From positions 6,014,001 through 6,078,000 of the forward strand of contig NC_087437.1 of assembly GCF_036321535.1 (NCBI RefSeq): 64,000 bases of DNA, in the 5' to 3' direction. The stretch comes from Camelus dromedarius (Eukaryota). Under the pieces are notes generated by a model. The model saw only the letters and a program-made list of their open reading frames with translations. It was not told the DNA's origin and made no database searches. Within the stretch, counting starts at the first letter, position 1; every line of letters starts with the position of its first letter. This document shows positions 10,301 to 23,150 of the stretch, piece after piece. A program made the position numbers and the translations under genes.

Positions 10301-12049
10301 TATTGCTAAAAATAGTATGTAAGAGGGACTGTTTTGCAATAGTGCCAAGAACTTACTATTGGCACAACCTCAGGTAGCAGATTAAGTCAGTAGCAACAGA
10401 GGTATTTTTCTGAAGATCCATGAATCCTTCAAAAGGCCCATACCAGAACCCAAACTGGCTTCACTGCTGGGCCCCTTTCGATCAGTTTCTGAAATTCTGA
10501 GAATGGGTGACTTGCTGGCTCTTCCTACTGACTTATCTCCTACAGCCTGGCCTTCTAGCCCACACTCTGCTTGCTCAAAGACCGTCTAGGGTCTCCAGTG
10601 CCTCCTAACGGCCAGGATCATGAGCTGTTCTCATTCAACTTCTAAAACCTCTCTAAAGCTTTTTAAAAAAGGATCGCCTCTGTAAGAATTCTGCACAACC
10701 TTTCCTCTCCTGGTATACAAATCTCGATACCACCCTGGCTTATTTCCTTCCGACCTAGAGATTTCAGTTGTAAGTCTAATACTAGGTATCTACTATCTGT
10801 TTATTTCACTCCTTTGGCAATAAAATTTTGTTAGATGCTTGTTTTATATTTTTGTCGAGGAATGAGTTTTCCAACTTATTTTTAATTATTTTCCTCTACA
10901 GTCGAACTTACATTTTTCTTATTATTTCTTTTCTCGTGTTCCCAAAGGTTGACTGCTCGGTTCATTCATTTATTCATTTATCCATTTTCTCTTTTTCCCC
11001 ATAAAAGCATTTAAAGCTACACATTTGCATCTGATTACAGCAACAGCATCAAAGATTTCCCCCCATTTTTTCAAATAGTCTGTTGACTCAATTGTTATTT
11101 AGATATATTTAAAAATTTTAGATACTTGCGTTTGTTTTGTTTAAGTATGTTACTCATTTTGTTTTATTAAATAAAAACAGAAATATCAGAAGAATAGAAA
11201 TAGGGAAATATTCTGATTTTTCAAAATTATGGGAACCAAACTGGAAAACAGACTGGTTTACACAAATATTTTTACTAATTACTGGAAATGGCTGAGTTTA
11301 TTACAAGTAGCCAGTATAGCTCACTAAAAAAAGTCATCCTAAGACAACTTTATTTCTTGTCTGAAGCACTGACATCTGTTAGATTTTATCCAGGTATGTC
11401 AGTGCCAGTGGATACAGCAGGGGACAATACATGCTTAGTTATAGCTGGACAATTGTGCCTCACGTGTACTGTGGAATGTTCTGGCCCCCACCTGGTGATA
11501 TGTGTCTCAGACTTGCTTCGCACACTAGCTCACCAGTCCTTTTATTTAAGGTCATGATCTTCTATCACTGGGTTATGTAACTTGGAAGAGTTATTTAGCC
11601 GGCTGTCTGGACCTACACTTCCTGATCTTTAAACCAAGGGGACTGAATTATATGATATTCTGTGTCTCTTTTAGATAGAAAATCCTACAATTTTGTGACT
11701 TGAAGAAAGAGAACACGTGCTTATCAAATTTGAGACCAAAGGTTGCAGAGACACCCAATGTATCAGACAGAATGATCAAAATTTAAAATGCTCTCAACAG
11801 AGTACCATGAGAAATAATGAAACAGATAAAATTTAATGAAGATAATAAAAGCTTATGCACTTAGGTTAAAATGCTTTGCAACTGCACATTACGTATAGAA
11901 TAGGGAGGCATAGATTAACGTAAGTTTATATTAAAAATAAATCAAACACCTAAACAAAACTGTTTTGGAATGGTCTACAAGGCTAATCTGAGCTCACAAT
12001 GATGATGCTGAAAGAAAATAAGATTCCTGGGCTGCATTAATACTAGACG

Positions 12050-13795
12050 AGTGAACTTGAGGTTTCCAGTCCAGTGTGTAAGAAGCTTGGAAGTCTCTAC
12101 TCTGTCCTAAAAATAAGTCAAAAGCTGAACAAACACACAAACAGAATTGACAACTTTTTCTTAGATCTGTAAGAAAAGTGAGGTCACAGGGCAAACTTCT
12201 GTCTCCAAGTTGGAGAGAGTTTCAGGTGAATACAAGAGACTCAGAGAATCAGGACTTTCAGAGCAGAAACCTACCAGGAGAAACCCACAGGAACCAGTGC
12301 TGGGGTAGGGGACTGGAACTGTACCTGATGAATTGCTAGAGGCTCAGTGAGGACAAACCTGAGTTCAAATCTCCAAGGGGACCCAGTCAGGGCGGGGGGA
12401 TGAGAGGAGCCCAAACTTTTGTGAGTTTTGCCTCCTGGAGCTCTACCAGGTTCTCATGGCAAGGGGAGAGGAAAAGCAACCATCTGAAATACAGCAGAGC
12501 ATCTTCTTCTTAAAAGGTCTGCCTTCAGGAGAAATATTTAACCGGAGTCTAACCTGCTGGGATTTTTTTCAGAGCCTAACTGACCTGGGGGAAGGGAAAT
12601 ACTCAACCCCAGCCCCCTCTGCCCCTCCTGTGGTACCCTAAGTCGGTGGGGGCGGGGCTGACAGGCATGTGTCAGGTCCACAGTCCAGAGGCACAGGCTC
12701 ACTAAAGGACTGAGACCTTCTCACAGGACGACAGAATGCTCCCTCTCCCCCACACCTTATCACCACATTACTAAACGCCTGTTTTGGAGTTTCTTTTACC
12801 CAATACCTCATTTCCAACCATCAAAAAAAATTGCAAGATACACTGAAAAAGCAAACAAAACAAAACAAAACAAAACAAACAAACTAAAAAAACACAGTTT
12901 GGAGAGAGAGAGAGAGCAAGCATCAGAACCAGACTCAGATATAGCAGGGATGCTGGAAGTATCAGATGGGAATTTAAAACAACTGTGATTAAAAAGCTAA
13001 GGACTCAGGGAGTGAGTGTAGCTCAGTGGCAGAGTGCATGCCTAGCACGCACGAGGTCCTGGGTTCCATCGCCAGTACCTCCATTAAAGACAGACAAATA
13101 AAAATCTAATTACACCCCCCCCCCAAATAAAATGCTAAGGATAAAGTAGACAGCATACAAGAACTGACAGGAAATATAAGCAGAGAGGAGGAGATTCTAA
13201 GGAAAAGTAAAGACAGAGATAAAAAATACTGTAACATAAACAAAGAATGTCTTTGATGGGCTGAGTGAGAAAAGAATCTCTGAGGTGGAGGAGACTGCAA
13301 CCAACAGAAACTCCCCAAACTGAAAAGCAAACAGAAAAAAGACAGTGAAAGCAGAAGAGAAGATCCGAGCACTGTGGGACAGCTATAAAAGGTGTAACAC
13401 GCACAGGATGGGAGCAACAGGAGGAGAAGAACGAGAGAAGGAACCAGAAGAAATATCTGAAACAATAATGACCACGAAGTTCCCCAAATTAACATCAGAC
13501 ATCAAATCAAAGATCCAGGAAGCTCAGAGAACACCAGGTACAGCAAATGCCCAAAAAGCTATACTTAGTCATATCATTTTTAAACGACAGAAAATCACAG
13601 AAAAAGAAAAAAAAATTTGAAAGAAGTCAGAGGAAAAAGACACCATACCCACAGAGGAATAAAAATAAGAAACACATTGAAGTGCACCTCTGAAGCCAGG
13701 CGTGGAAGAAGGGAGTGCAGTGAGTGTTTAAAGTGTTGAGAGAAGAGACCACCAACCTAGAGTTCTGTACCCTGTGAAATTATCCTGCAAAAGTA
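12050..13795 (+). mobile_element. Old L1 (L1M-type) 5'UTR/ORF1 fragment, interrupted by a SINE
   Basis: ORF 13345..13620 resembles L1 ORF1p (LWDSYKRCN...FPKL...IQEAQRTP...HIIFK) and is degraded by frameshifts. Confidence 0.85.
13008..13130 (+). mobile_element. tRNA-derived SINE, Vic-1-like (camelid)
   Basis: A box TAGCTCAGTGG, B-box-like GGTTCCATC, body GCACGAGGTCCTGGG...GTACCTCC, CTAATTAC-C-run tail. Degenerate TSD AAA(A/T)GCTAAGGA. Confidence 0.85.
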
Positions 13796-14259
13796 AATAT
13801 GGTAGCTATACATCGCATTTATTACCCTCTAGTAAATACGTACGTCCCTTCACAAGAAACATGTGCCTAGAAACACCAGATGAGTGCCTACGCTGCAGGA
13901 GGTAACTGGACAATTACGGCAGACAGTTTTGGTGGTGCATCAATTTCTGGCAGAGCTGAGTTCCGTGTTTATAAAATGGAGCGGAACAGTGAGGAGGAAT
14001 GAGAATCACAACGCAAGAGGAATGGCTGAAGAGCAGGGAGCAAGTCCTCCAACGCTGAGGCTGCTGCGAGGGAAAGCAGGGCTTCTCTGCCGGGCTTTAA
14101 AAAATGAGCTGAGTTCCCAAAGTCACAGAACGTGACAGAAGACAGATTAAAAAGCTCTGACACAGGAAATCCTTTCCAGTGGTTTAACAGGCTCTATTTC
14201 AATTTGGAAGAGCTCCATTTTTGGAACCGCAGAAGCAGAGATTAGAAACTCATTTCCAC

Positions 14260-14460
14260 ACACGCAGGCTTCCCGGAGGCAGGGCGCGGCGAGAGCCCCT
14301 CCCCGGCTGGAGCGGGCTGTGACCCGCAGCGCCACCTGCCTTCCGGCATCGCATCCACAACCCGCTAGGATGAAAGGACCAAGAAGAGGTCTAGGCCCTT
14401 GCGGGATGCGGACCAAACCCATCTCCAAACCCAGGGCCCTGCGCTGCCGCCCTGCCTCCT
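14260..14460. promoter_or_regulatory. Small intronic CpG-rich patch with a CTCF-like motif
   Basis: About 16 CpG in about 200 bp. CAGCGCCACCTGCC at 14327-14340. Confidence 0.45.
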
Positions 14461-15884
14461 GACTGTCACCCTCAGTTTCTCTCTGTCCTTCTGGCCCCTC
14501 TTCCCTCCTCTATGGTCATCTTCCCTCCGAGACCCTTTTCCTCTAGTCTTCCCCCTTCCTTCTATCACGGTCTCCTTTTCTTGCCATCGTTTTCTCATCT
14601 CATTCTACTTACACTTTTTTCCCGTGATAAAAACATAAGTTATTTTTAAATTATTTTCTTTAGCCCAAGGAATAGTTGGAAAAAGTAAAAATAAGTATGT
14701 GACTTTGGTTTTTGGATAGAAACAGTATTCTCTCTGCATTTCTTGTCTTTCCTCGTCTGTCATTACTGACCTACCCTGAACGGATTCCGATTCATATTTA
14801 CTTCTTTCATCCTTACATACATCTGTCTTTTATTTGGAAATTTAAAAGAAAGCTGTCATGGTTGCAAAATAATACTTTTCAAGATGATTCTAACACTTGG
14901 GCTAACGTTCATGATGTACTTCTACCCGCAAATTCTCTAAGTTGAAGGCTTCCAATTCTATACAATGAATTGGTTCCCAACTTGCTTAATTCTTTACCTT
15001 CAAGTTGAATCTGTCTAATTTGATTCAGCGAAAGACACCTGTATCTAATTCCAATTTGCTTGCCATGTCGTGAGGTTTCTGTTATGTTAGAAAATCAACT
15101 CTCTCCGCATCTCAAGAAACTCAAGATTTTATAGGTCTTTATTAAAACTATGTGATAAAAGTTCGCTATTACTCAACCCTTAGGAATCTGACTTTCAAGT
15201 GAAACGTGTTTCCTTTCAGCTCTAAAGAATGTGATTATTTTGTAGGTGGCAGTTACATTTTTGTTAATGTGATGTGAAGCCAAAGGTTAGGGACAGAAGG
15301 TTGGCCCTTGTGGGGGGTGGATATAAGCTAGGCTGTGGGGCTTACCTAATTGGTTCTGAACACAACTTATAGTATTTATTTAATATAATCAATAATAAGC
15401 AATTACACATTAATCATGGTTCTATAAAACCATTAGATAAACTCCCTACACATACCTATAGGAGTGAATAGTTACGTTCCAACCTCTAGAGTGGTAGTTT
15501 TCCACTAATTTATTTCCTGACCCAGTGTCACTGAAGGATATACATCTCTCCCACTGTAACTGTGCTTTGTGGAAGTTTCTGGTCTAATGGCAGAGGATAT
15601 AATTCTGAGACACCCACCCATTGGGGAGTTTTGCCCTCTTCATCCCTCCTCCTTTACTGTGAGAATCACTGTGTATCTTCACAGTTAAAAAAAAAAAATC
15701 TCAAGCAGCTGTAGTTAAACATATATCAAGAATCAACTGTTAAAGAGTTTTAAGGAAGGAGATACAGGAGCCAATAAATATAAAGAAATGTGAGTCCAAG
15801 TAAAAAGGAAACGGTCACATTTAAAAAACTACAGCCACAGAAGGGAACAGGTGAGGTGCCGGGAAAAAAAGAGAGAAATTTATT

Positions 15885-16492
15885 TTCTCTCAATTAAAGA
15901 AAAAATCTACCAGACTGCTACACTAAAACCTATAAAACACTGCTGAGAAAATCTGACAAAGACCTAGTTAAATGAAGAGCCAGTCTGTATTCATGGAGTG
16001 GATAATTCAATAATATGCACGTATCAGTTCTTTCCAAATTGATCTATAGAGTCAGTGTAATGCCAACCCAAATCCCAATTACTTTTATAAAAATTGACGT
16101 GTTGATTCCAAAATTTATATGGAAACGCAAAGAACCTAGACTCGCCAAAAGAATGAAAAAGAATAAAGCTGGAGGGCTCAGAGCACTTAAAATCAAGATT
16201 TGCCAGAAAGCTACATAATTAAGCCAGGGTGGGACTAGAGAAGGGGCAGAATGTCCAGAAACAGATCCATATCTACATGGTTAATGGATTTTCAACCAAG
16301 GGTCCAATTTCATTCAACAGAGAAAGGACAGATTTTTAAACAAATGGTACTGAACTGCTGGATATCTCACAGGAAAAGATGGACCTTGATCCTTACCTCA
16401 CTCCACACACAAACATTAATTTGAACTGGACCACAGGCGGAATACAATGCTAGAACACATAATTTTAGAAGAATACAGAGTATCTTTGAGAC
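15885..16492 (+). mobile_element. L1 ORF2 C-terminal fragment (L1M-type)
   Basis: ORF 16015..16218 (LSKLIYR...IPKFIWKRKEPRLAK...KNKAGGL) is L1 ORF2p-like. Confidence 0.85.
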
Positions 16493-17075
16493 TGTATAGT
16501 AAAGGGATAACTCAGCAGGCCTGGGCTGCCCAAATCCTGCACCCTCCAAAGACGTTTAGGACTGGCCCTCTAGGGATGATGACTGGAGCTAACGTATAAC
16601 CCCTTGGAATGTCGTGCCTGATAAAAGTGCCTTTGTATACCTGGGACCTTGGGCCACACCAAACAGTCTACACGAACAATGGAATTGATGGTAAAGTCTG
16701 TTTTTGTAACCTGGGCCCCTGCCATACTGTATGGGTCTGACCTCTGAGGGGACTGGAGAAGGAGTAGTTAATGTCAGTCACATGGTTGCTCCATGCCTAC
16801 ATGACCTCTAATAAAAAACCTTGGGGGACACCACATCTTGGGTGAGCACCCCTGTTGTCATACATGGCCCCTGGGAGATTTAAGCACTCCACTGGGAGAG
16901 GACAACTGGAAACTTGTACCTGGTTCCTCTTAGACACCAATCTTTTCCCCTTTCCTAATGTCAGTCTGTATCCTTCTGCCGCAGTATACTGTAAACACAA
17001 GTGTAACAGCTCTTCTGAGCTCTGTGAGTGCTAGTGGATCATCAAAGCTGAGGATGGCCTGGAGGACCCTCAACA
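16493..17075 (+). mobile_element. Solo ERVL LTR, MER68/MER77/MER21-like, nested in L1
   Basis: TG...CA termini. Start TGTATAGTAAAGGGATAACTCAGCAGGCCTGGG, internal AATAAA, and a 3' end typical of this group. Splits collinear L1 pieces. Confidence 0.7.
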
Positions 17076-17099
17076 ATGGAAACTAAGAGGAGTCTTAGA

Positions 17100-18170
17100 G
17101 AGATTTCTTAGATAGGAAAACAAAATCCACTAGCCATAAAAGAAAACACTGGTAAAATAAACTTCACTGAAATAAAAATCTGCTCATCAAAAGACATCAT
17201 TAAGGCACGGTAAATAAAATGAACAAACAAGCCACACACTGGGAATAGTATCGGCAGTAAATACATCTGACAAAGACTTCGATCCAGAATATATAAAGAA
17301 TTCTTACAAATCAAGAATAAAACAACTGACCCACCAAAAACAGGCAAATACTTGGACAGCTCACAAAAGAAGATACACAAATCACCAATATGCTATAAAA
17401 AGATGTAAAGTAAACCACAACGAGATACCACTTTCATACCAACTAGAATGGATAAAATCAAAAAGACTGACAATAACAAATATTGGCAAGGATGGAGAGC
17501 AATTAGAATTCCCATATATTCCTCATGAGAGTGGAAAAAGGTACAATTACTCTGTAAAACTGCTTGTAGTTTCTTATAAAGTTACATATCCATCCACCCT
17601 ATAGAACAGTTTAATTTCTAAGTGTTACCCCAAAAGAAAGAGAAACATATATCTACCAATAACAACAATAACAAACAAAAACATCAAAAACACCTGTACA
17701 AGAATGTTCATAGCAGTCATAGTCATAACAGCCTAAATCTGGAGACAACCCAGTGTCTATCAACAAGAGAAGAGATAAACACCTCGCAGTATATTCACAT
17801 GATGGCGGACAATTCAGCACTCTACAGGAAGGAACCACTGATGTATGCAGCAATGCGCATGAATTGCGGAAGCATTGTGCTGAATGAGAAAAGCTAGACA
17901 CAAAAGCATACATACTGTGTAGCTCTATTTATGGGAAGCTCAATAAAAGGCAAAACTAATACAAGGTAATAGAAATCAGAAAATGGTAGCCTTGGGATGG
18001 AGGGTTGGAACGGATTATAAAGGGACATGAGGGAACTCTCGGGTCAAAGAAATGTTAACTCCAGATGCATCGTTTTAGATGGTGGTTACACGGGTACACA
18101 CAACTGTCAAAGCTCATCAGACTCATCACTTAAGATCTCTGTATTGTCTACAAATTATACCTAATATTTT
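17100..18170 (+). mobile_element. L1 ORF2 end and 3'UTR (L1MC/L1MD-like)
   Basis: Motifs ATCCAGAATATATAAAGAA, GAATGTTCATAGCAG and GGTGGTTACACGGGT; continues the 15885-16492 piece. Confidence 0.8.
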
Positions 18171-20599
18171 TTTAAAAGGAGAAAGATTCATCTGCACCAG
18201 ATAGGAGATAGTGTTACCAATTTACCTAAATTGGTTAGGAGTGAAGAACTCTCTTTGCTACAGTGGGAAGAGCATTTCAGACACAGAAGTGTTTATTACA
18301 GCACCAGCTCTTATCTGAGCAAGAAAATATCACAAAATTACATTTATATAGAAATCAGCGTCCTTTGAAATTCTGATTAGCCAATTAACTACTAAGGGGC
18401 TATAACCATGGACTTCTTGGCTTCATGGCTTGGGGAATATTATTAGCATGTTATTTCTTTACCATATTTTAGCAATAAAATACTTCTGAGTGAATACAAT
18501 AAAGCCTAATTTAAACATTCTTGTTGACCACAGAAAATGGAAATTGGCCAGGAGAATTTTATAATGCCTTTTAGGTATTCAAAACAGTAGTTATTTATTG
18601 CATCATTAAACTAAATATCACTGGATACTAGAGACAGTGCCAGGTACCGGGCGAGGCCCTGGGAAAACAAAGACCCCCAGGTCCAGACCCTGACATCCAT
18701 ATGAGTTCTTCTCTAATTGAAGCTAACAAGCATTCGTTCATTTCACTACTGTCTGAATTTGTTCTCTGTGCCAGGTACTCAGCAAACAGCAGTGAAACAG
18801 GCACACGCGGTCCCTGTTCTCACGAAGCCCAAATTCTAGCAAAGGATTACAATTGCTGGAAGAATCCTTGTACTTCTTGGGATCATGCACTTTCTAGAAC
18901 ATTCCTGTGAAGCTGGGCCCTGGGAGGAGCCCTCTTAAGATCCTGATTTCAAGGAGAGGTGGAAAAATATTGGCTAGCAGGCATTCTTGGGGGTAAAAAT
19001 GGATTGGATGCCATGACTCCCAGGCACACAGAGCCCAGATGGGGAACGTGGGAGACATCTTCAAAGGCCAGGGAGCCTTTCCTTATGGAAACATCCTTCC
19101 CTGGAGCCTGGCTTCCTCTTACATCCCATGCAGGGATCCTGACAAGGGGCCTTTCACAGAGGGCTTACCTCCCAGAATTCAAGTTCTGGAATCTTTCATT
19201 ATTGGTATCAATTATGTCGTTCACACTAAGCTCTGATACGGGGCAGAGCAAAGCGGGAACATCAGCCCAGAGAAAGAATGCTACTGCTGATCGGGTGCGC
19301 GGCGGGTCAGGAGCCGAGTTGGGTGTCTTCCATCTCCATCAAGGCTTCCTTTAATCAGATGAAATATCTGACCTTGGTGACATGGAACTGCTTAAGCAAG
19401 TTAAAGGGCCTACAGCTGTGGAGCCTGTAAAACGGCGCCTCTGGAAAAAGGGATGCGTGATCTTGAGACACTACTGATGGCTCCGGTGTGATCATTTCCT
19501 CACCTCGGCAGAACAGGAAAAATTACACTTTTGAAGAAATTGTGTCATTTTCAAAACAGAAAATCCATGAATATCTTGGAACACAGAAGGTATGTGACTC
19601 TATTCTTAATATAAGAGATTGCAGTATTTAAAAACTACGAAATTCTGATCCATGACCACTCAACTGGGCATTTCAGCAGTCACAGACTCCTAATTAAATC
19701 AGATGGGTCTTTCTGAAGACTGGTCACAATTTAGATGTGCTTATTTTTTTATAGCAGCAATTTGTGGTTATTTAAGGACAAAATTGGAACACGATTTGAG
19801 TGTTAAATTGTTGTTCTGAGCTCCAAAGCTGAACGACTAAGAAAATGTCAATTCCCATTTTTAAAAAGAAATTTGCAAGTAAGTAAGTAAAAATCAGAGC
19901 ACAGTGCGTATTACCCACACACGTAATGGAAAATCTACCACTAAAATACCTAGGCACTTGCTTTTAAAGACTTAATTATAGCAATCCATGGTAAAGCAGA
20001 GGAGAGAAATCAGGCTTCTTGATTTCTCGAGATATTCTTATCCATGAAATCACATGTCATCTCTGCTTCCTCATCCCTGATTTGGATAAGCAACACAAAT
20101 AGAAGCCCACTGTTGGAGATGTAGCGAGTATCAGCTCCCTGCTTCCCAGGTGTCTGCCTGGCTCCTGTCTGCCCTCTACTTCCTGATCACTGCTGGGGGT
20201 TCCCCCAGGGGGAAGTATTTTCCCTCTGGACCAGCCCCACTACCTGTCTTGCTACTCAGTGACAGCCCCACTGCATAACTCTTCAATAGCTTCTAAAGAG
20301 CTAAGCAAGTAGGTGTGAGGCTAATTTTATGGCTGAAGGGTCCAGCCTGGTAAAAGCACGGTAGGCATTCAATAGTGAAACGGGGACTTTACCAACAGTT
20401 TTGAAGCTACAATAGTTTTTTGATCACGGATAAAGCAGTGAATAATGTGGTATTTATAAAGGCTACATGTAGAATTGGAAGTAATATTTGGCAGGATTAT
20501 CTACCAAGCTTGCCTCAATTTACACTCCCTCATTTGGCGACTAAGGGTGTCCATGCACTTTTGCTAGCTTGTTCATTCATTCATTCGTTCATTCATTCT

Positions 20600-21030
20600 A
20601 AACCACTTTACTGAGGTATGATGGATGTACCACAGCTGTACACATTTCATGTGCACAACTTGATGGGTCTGGAGGTAAGCATACATCCATGAAACCATCA
20701 CCGCGATCTACGCCTTAAACCTACCCATCACCTCCGAAAGCCCCCTCCTGCTCTCTTTATTATTATTATTATTATTTTAATTTTTGTGATAAGAACACTT
20801 AACATAAGATCTACTCTCTTAGCAAATTTTAAGTACATAACAGTATTATTAACTATGGGCACAAGGCAATGGGGTAGGTCTCTAGGACTTACTCACCTCT
20901 GGCTTTTATTTTTAATTTGCTAAATGTGAAAGGTGAAAAATGGTACTTCGGAGGTGTTTTAATTTGCACTTCTTTGACTAATTATGAATGTGGACAGCTT
21001 TCTAAATGTTCATTTGCTGTTTGCAACCCT
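20600..21030 (-). mobile_element. L1M 3' fragments inserted next to an L2 tail
   Basis: Reverse L1 3'UTR motifs (CTTTACTGAGGTAT, GAAACCATCACC, GTTTTAATTTGCAC). The (TTCA)n L2 tail lies at 20571-20597. Confidence 0.65.
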
Positions 21031-21034
21031 TCTT

Positions 21035-21960
21035 TCATTGAGTGCCTACTACACTCCAGGCACTATTTCAGGTGCTGAGGATACAACAGTTAACAAGACA
21101 AATGTGCAGAGTTGACATTTCAATGCAAGCAACAAACAATAAAAACATGCAAATAATTGAATAAAGTTTTTTAAAAAGCTAAAACTACCATTTCAGGCAG
21201 TAAGAAGTGCTATGAAAAAAACAAACACAGTAACAAAGCAAAGCGAAGGGACAGAGTAAAGTGGGGCAGCAGAGGGAGGTTCCGGGAAGAGATGATCTTT
21301 GAAAATAGACTTAAGAGGTGTGTCACGCGGATTCGTGGGGAAGAAGCCGGCACAGGGAAAAGCAGGCTCAGTGCTCCCGGCGTGGGAACGTACGTGCGCG
21401 CGCCTGAGGACTGGTCACAGGCCAGCGTGGCGGGAGTCTGGCGGACCAGAGAGGGGAGCGGTGGGAGCAGACAGGGTTGGAGAGGCGGGGGCCGGGTCAC
21501 GTAGGGCCTGCCCTGCAGAACCCTGGAAAGGCTCTGGATTTTATCCCAGATTTCCTGGGAAGTCACTGAAGGGCCCTGAGCAGTAGTGATGTGATGAGGA
21601 CTTGCATCAATCCGGCTGCCGGGTGGAAAGGGCATGTGAGGAGGCACGGGGCGGACAGGGGACTGTGGGTGTGAGGTGACCCAGGACCTGGAGGCTCGGG
21701 CTGGGCGGTGCAGAGAGAGGAGGAAAGAGACTTACTTCTGGACACAGTCTGGACAGGATGTGCTGATGGACCCGACGTGTGATGTGATGGGGAAAGAGGA
21801 ATCAAGGGCGATTCTAAGGCTGAGTTAGCTGGGTCATGACGTACTCTGTGATGGAGACACATGGGGGAGTGACAGAGTGTGGAGGTGGGAACGTTCGAGT
21901 CTGGAGGTCTGGGGAAGAGGTCAGACTGAAGGTACAAATCATGCCCCTTCAGTCACAAGG
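21035..21960 (-). mobile_element. L2 fragment with a CpG-rich segment
   Basis: TTCATTGAGTGCCTACTA..CCAGGCAC...GGATACA..AACAAGAC is the reverse L2 3' end, followed by L2-like body. Confidence 0.7.
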
Positions 21961-22649
21961 GGACTGAGAGCCGAGAACCCGACGGAGACCCTCTAAGAAC
22001 TGCGTAACTTCTTAGACAGCAATGAGCTATTGTCAGGCACTTCTACTACAAACACTTCCCCACTTTTCTGTTTGCTTTTTGATTCGGTTTATTCCTCACG
22101 TATCTGCTTAAAATCCACCGGCCCTTCCCTTTGTGATATTTCCTGTTACTTTTAAGGTCAAAGAGTCTAGTGCCTAGAAGTCAGATAGACACTTGTGTAT
22201 TATTTTGAGGTTTGCTTGTTTGAGTGAACTTTGATCAACTCAGAATTTATTCTGGTGTTTGTTACGGTTACAAGTGTGTATCTTTTCAAAAGATTTGTCA
22301 AGTTTCACAGCACTATCTACGAACCCACCTGCCTGTGATGTCTTCACATCCTACACTTCATTTGGTTCAGTTTCAGTTTTAAGCTTTAAAATCGCAACAG
22401 TGACGGACGATGGGAACCCTTCCTTCCAACCATCACAATGACACTGTGTAGAAGAATCTCAATGTGCTTACAAGGAAATATATAAAACAGAACCAGCATT
22501 TTTGAGAAGAAAAATGCAGGGACAGAAAGCTAATTGGAAGAAAGATAAAATGTGAAGGAGAGAAAGCAAAGGGTACAGTCTATTTCCTTTTTTGAAAAAA
22601 AAAAACAGTAGGTGTTGAAAAATGTAAAAAGATAAATAATCATGCGCAC

Positions 22650-23150
22650 ATACAACAAATATTTATGAAGTAACTTCCCCACACCAGCCAGCACTATTCC
22701 AGGTGTCCTTAATGGTGAGTTAGACAAGGACCTGCTCTCAGGCACTTACACTTCAGGGGGGAAGTTGGGGAGAGAGAGAAAGTGGGTGCTTGGGGGAGTA
22801 CTGAATGCTATGCAAAACGATGGGGTGGGCTGATGGCGCAGAGAGTGCCCAGGAAGCAGCCTGAGGGAGGTCGAGAGGCTTCAGTGAGATGATACTGGGA
22901 CTGAGCCACAAGTCTTGAAGGGGCAAAGGAAGAGGCATTCAGGAGGGGGGAGAAGAGGGAAGTGCAATGGCCCCAGGCAAGCTCTAGAGGGAGGGAGGAG
23001 AAGGAGGGGTGAAGGAGGTGAGGTCAAAGAGCTAAGGGAGGGGCCAGGGGAGGGGCTGGATTATCAGAGGTATTAGGAGGAAGCCTTCGGAGGGGTTTAA
23101 GTGGGGTTGTGGTACCATCTGCTACAAGCTGAGAGTTCGTTGGTTATTAT
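22650..23150 (-). mobile_element. L2 fragment
   Basis: CAACAAATATTTAT...CAGCACTATTCCAGGTG and purine-rich L2-like body. Confidence 0.55.

Noticed and set aside
13008..13082. tRNA-like sequence (also 44745-44821)
   Set aside because: It has a SINE tail and TSDs, so it is a Vic-1-type retroposon rather than a tRNA gene.
18959..19354. 131-aa plus-strand ORF
   Set aside because: No recognisable homology or exon context, and a non-ATG start; this length is expected by chance.
21210..21937. Several overlapping GC-rich ORFs
   Set aside because: They reflect stop-poor, GC-rich L2 sequence, not coding signal.
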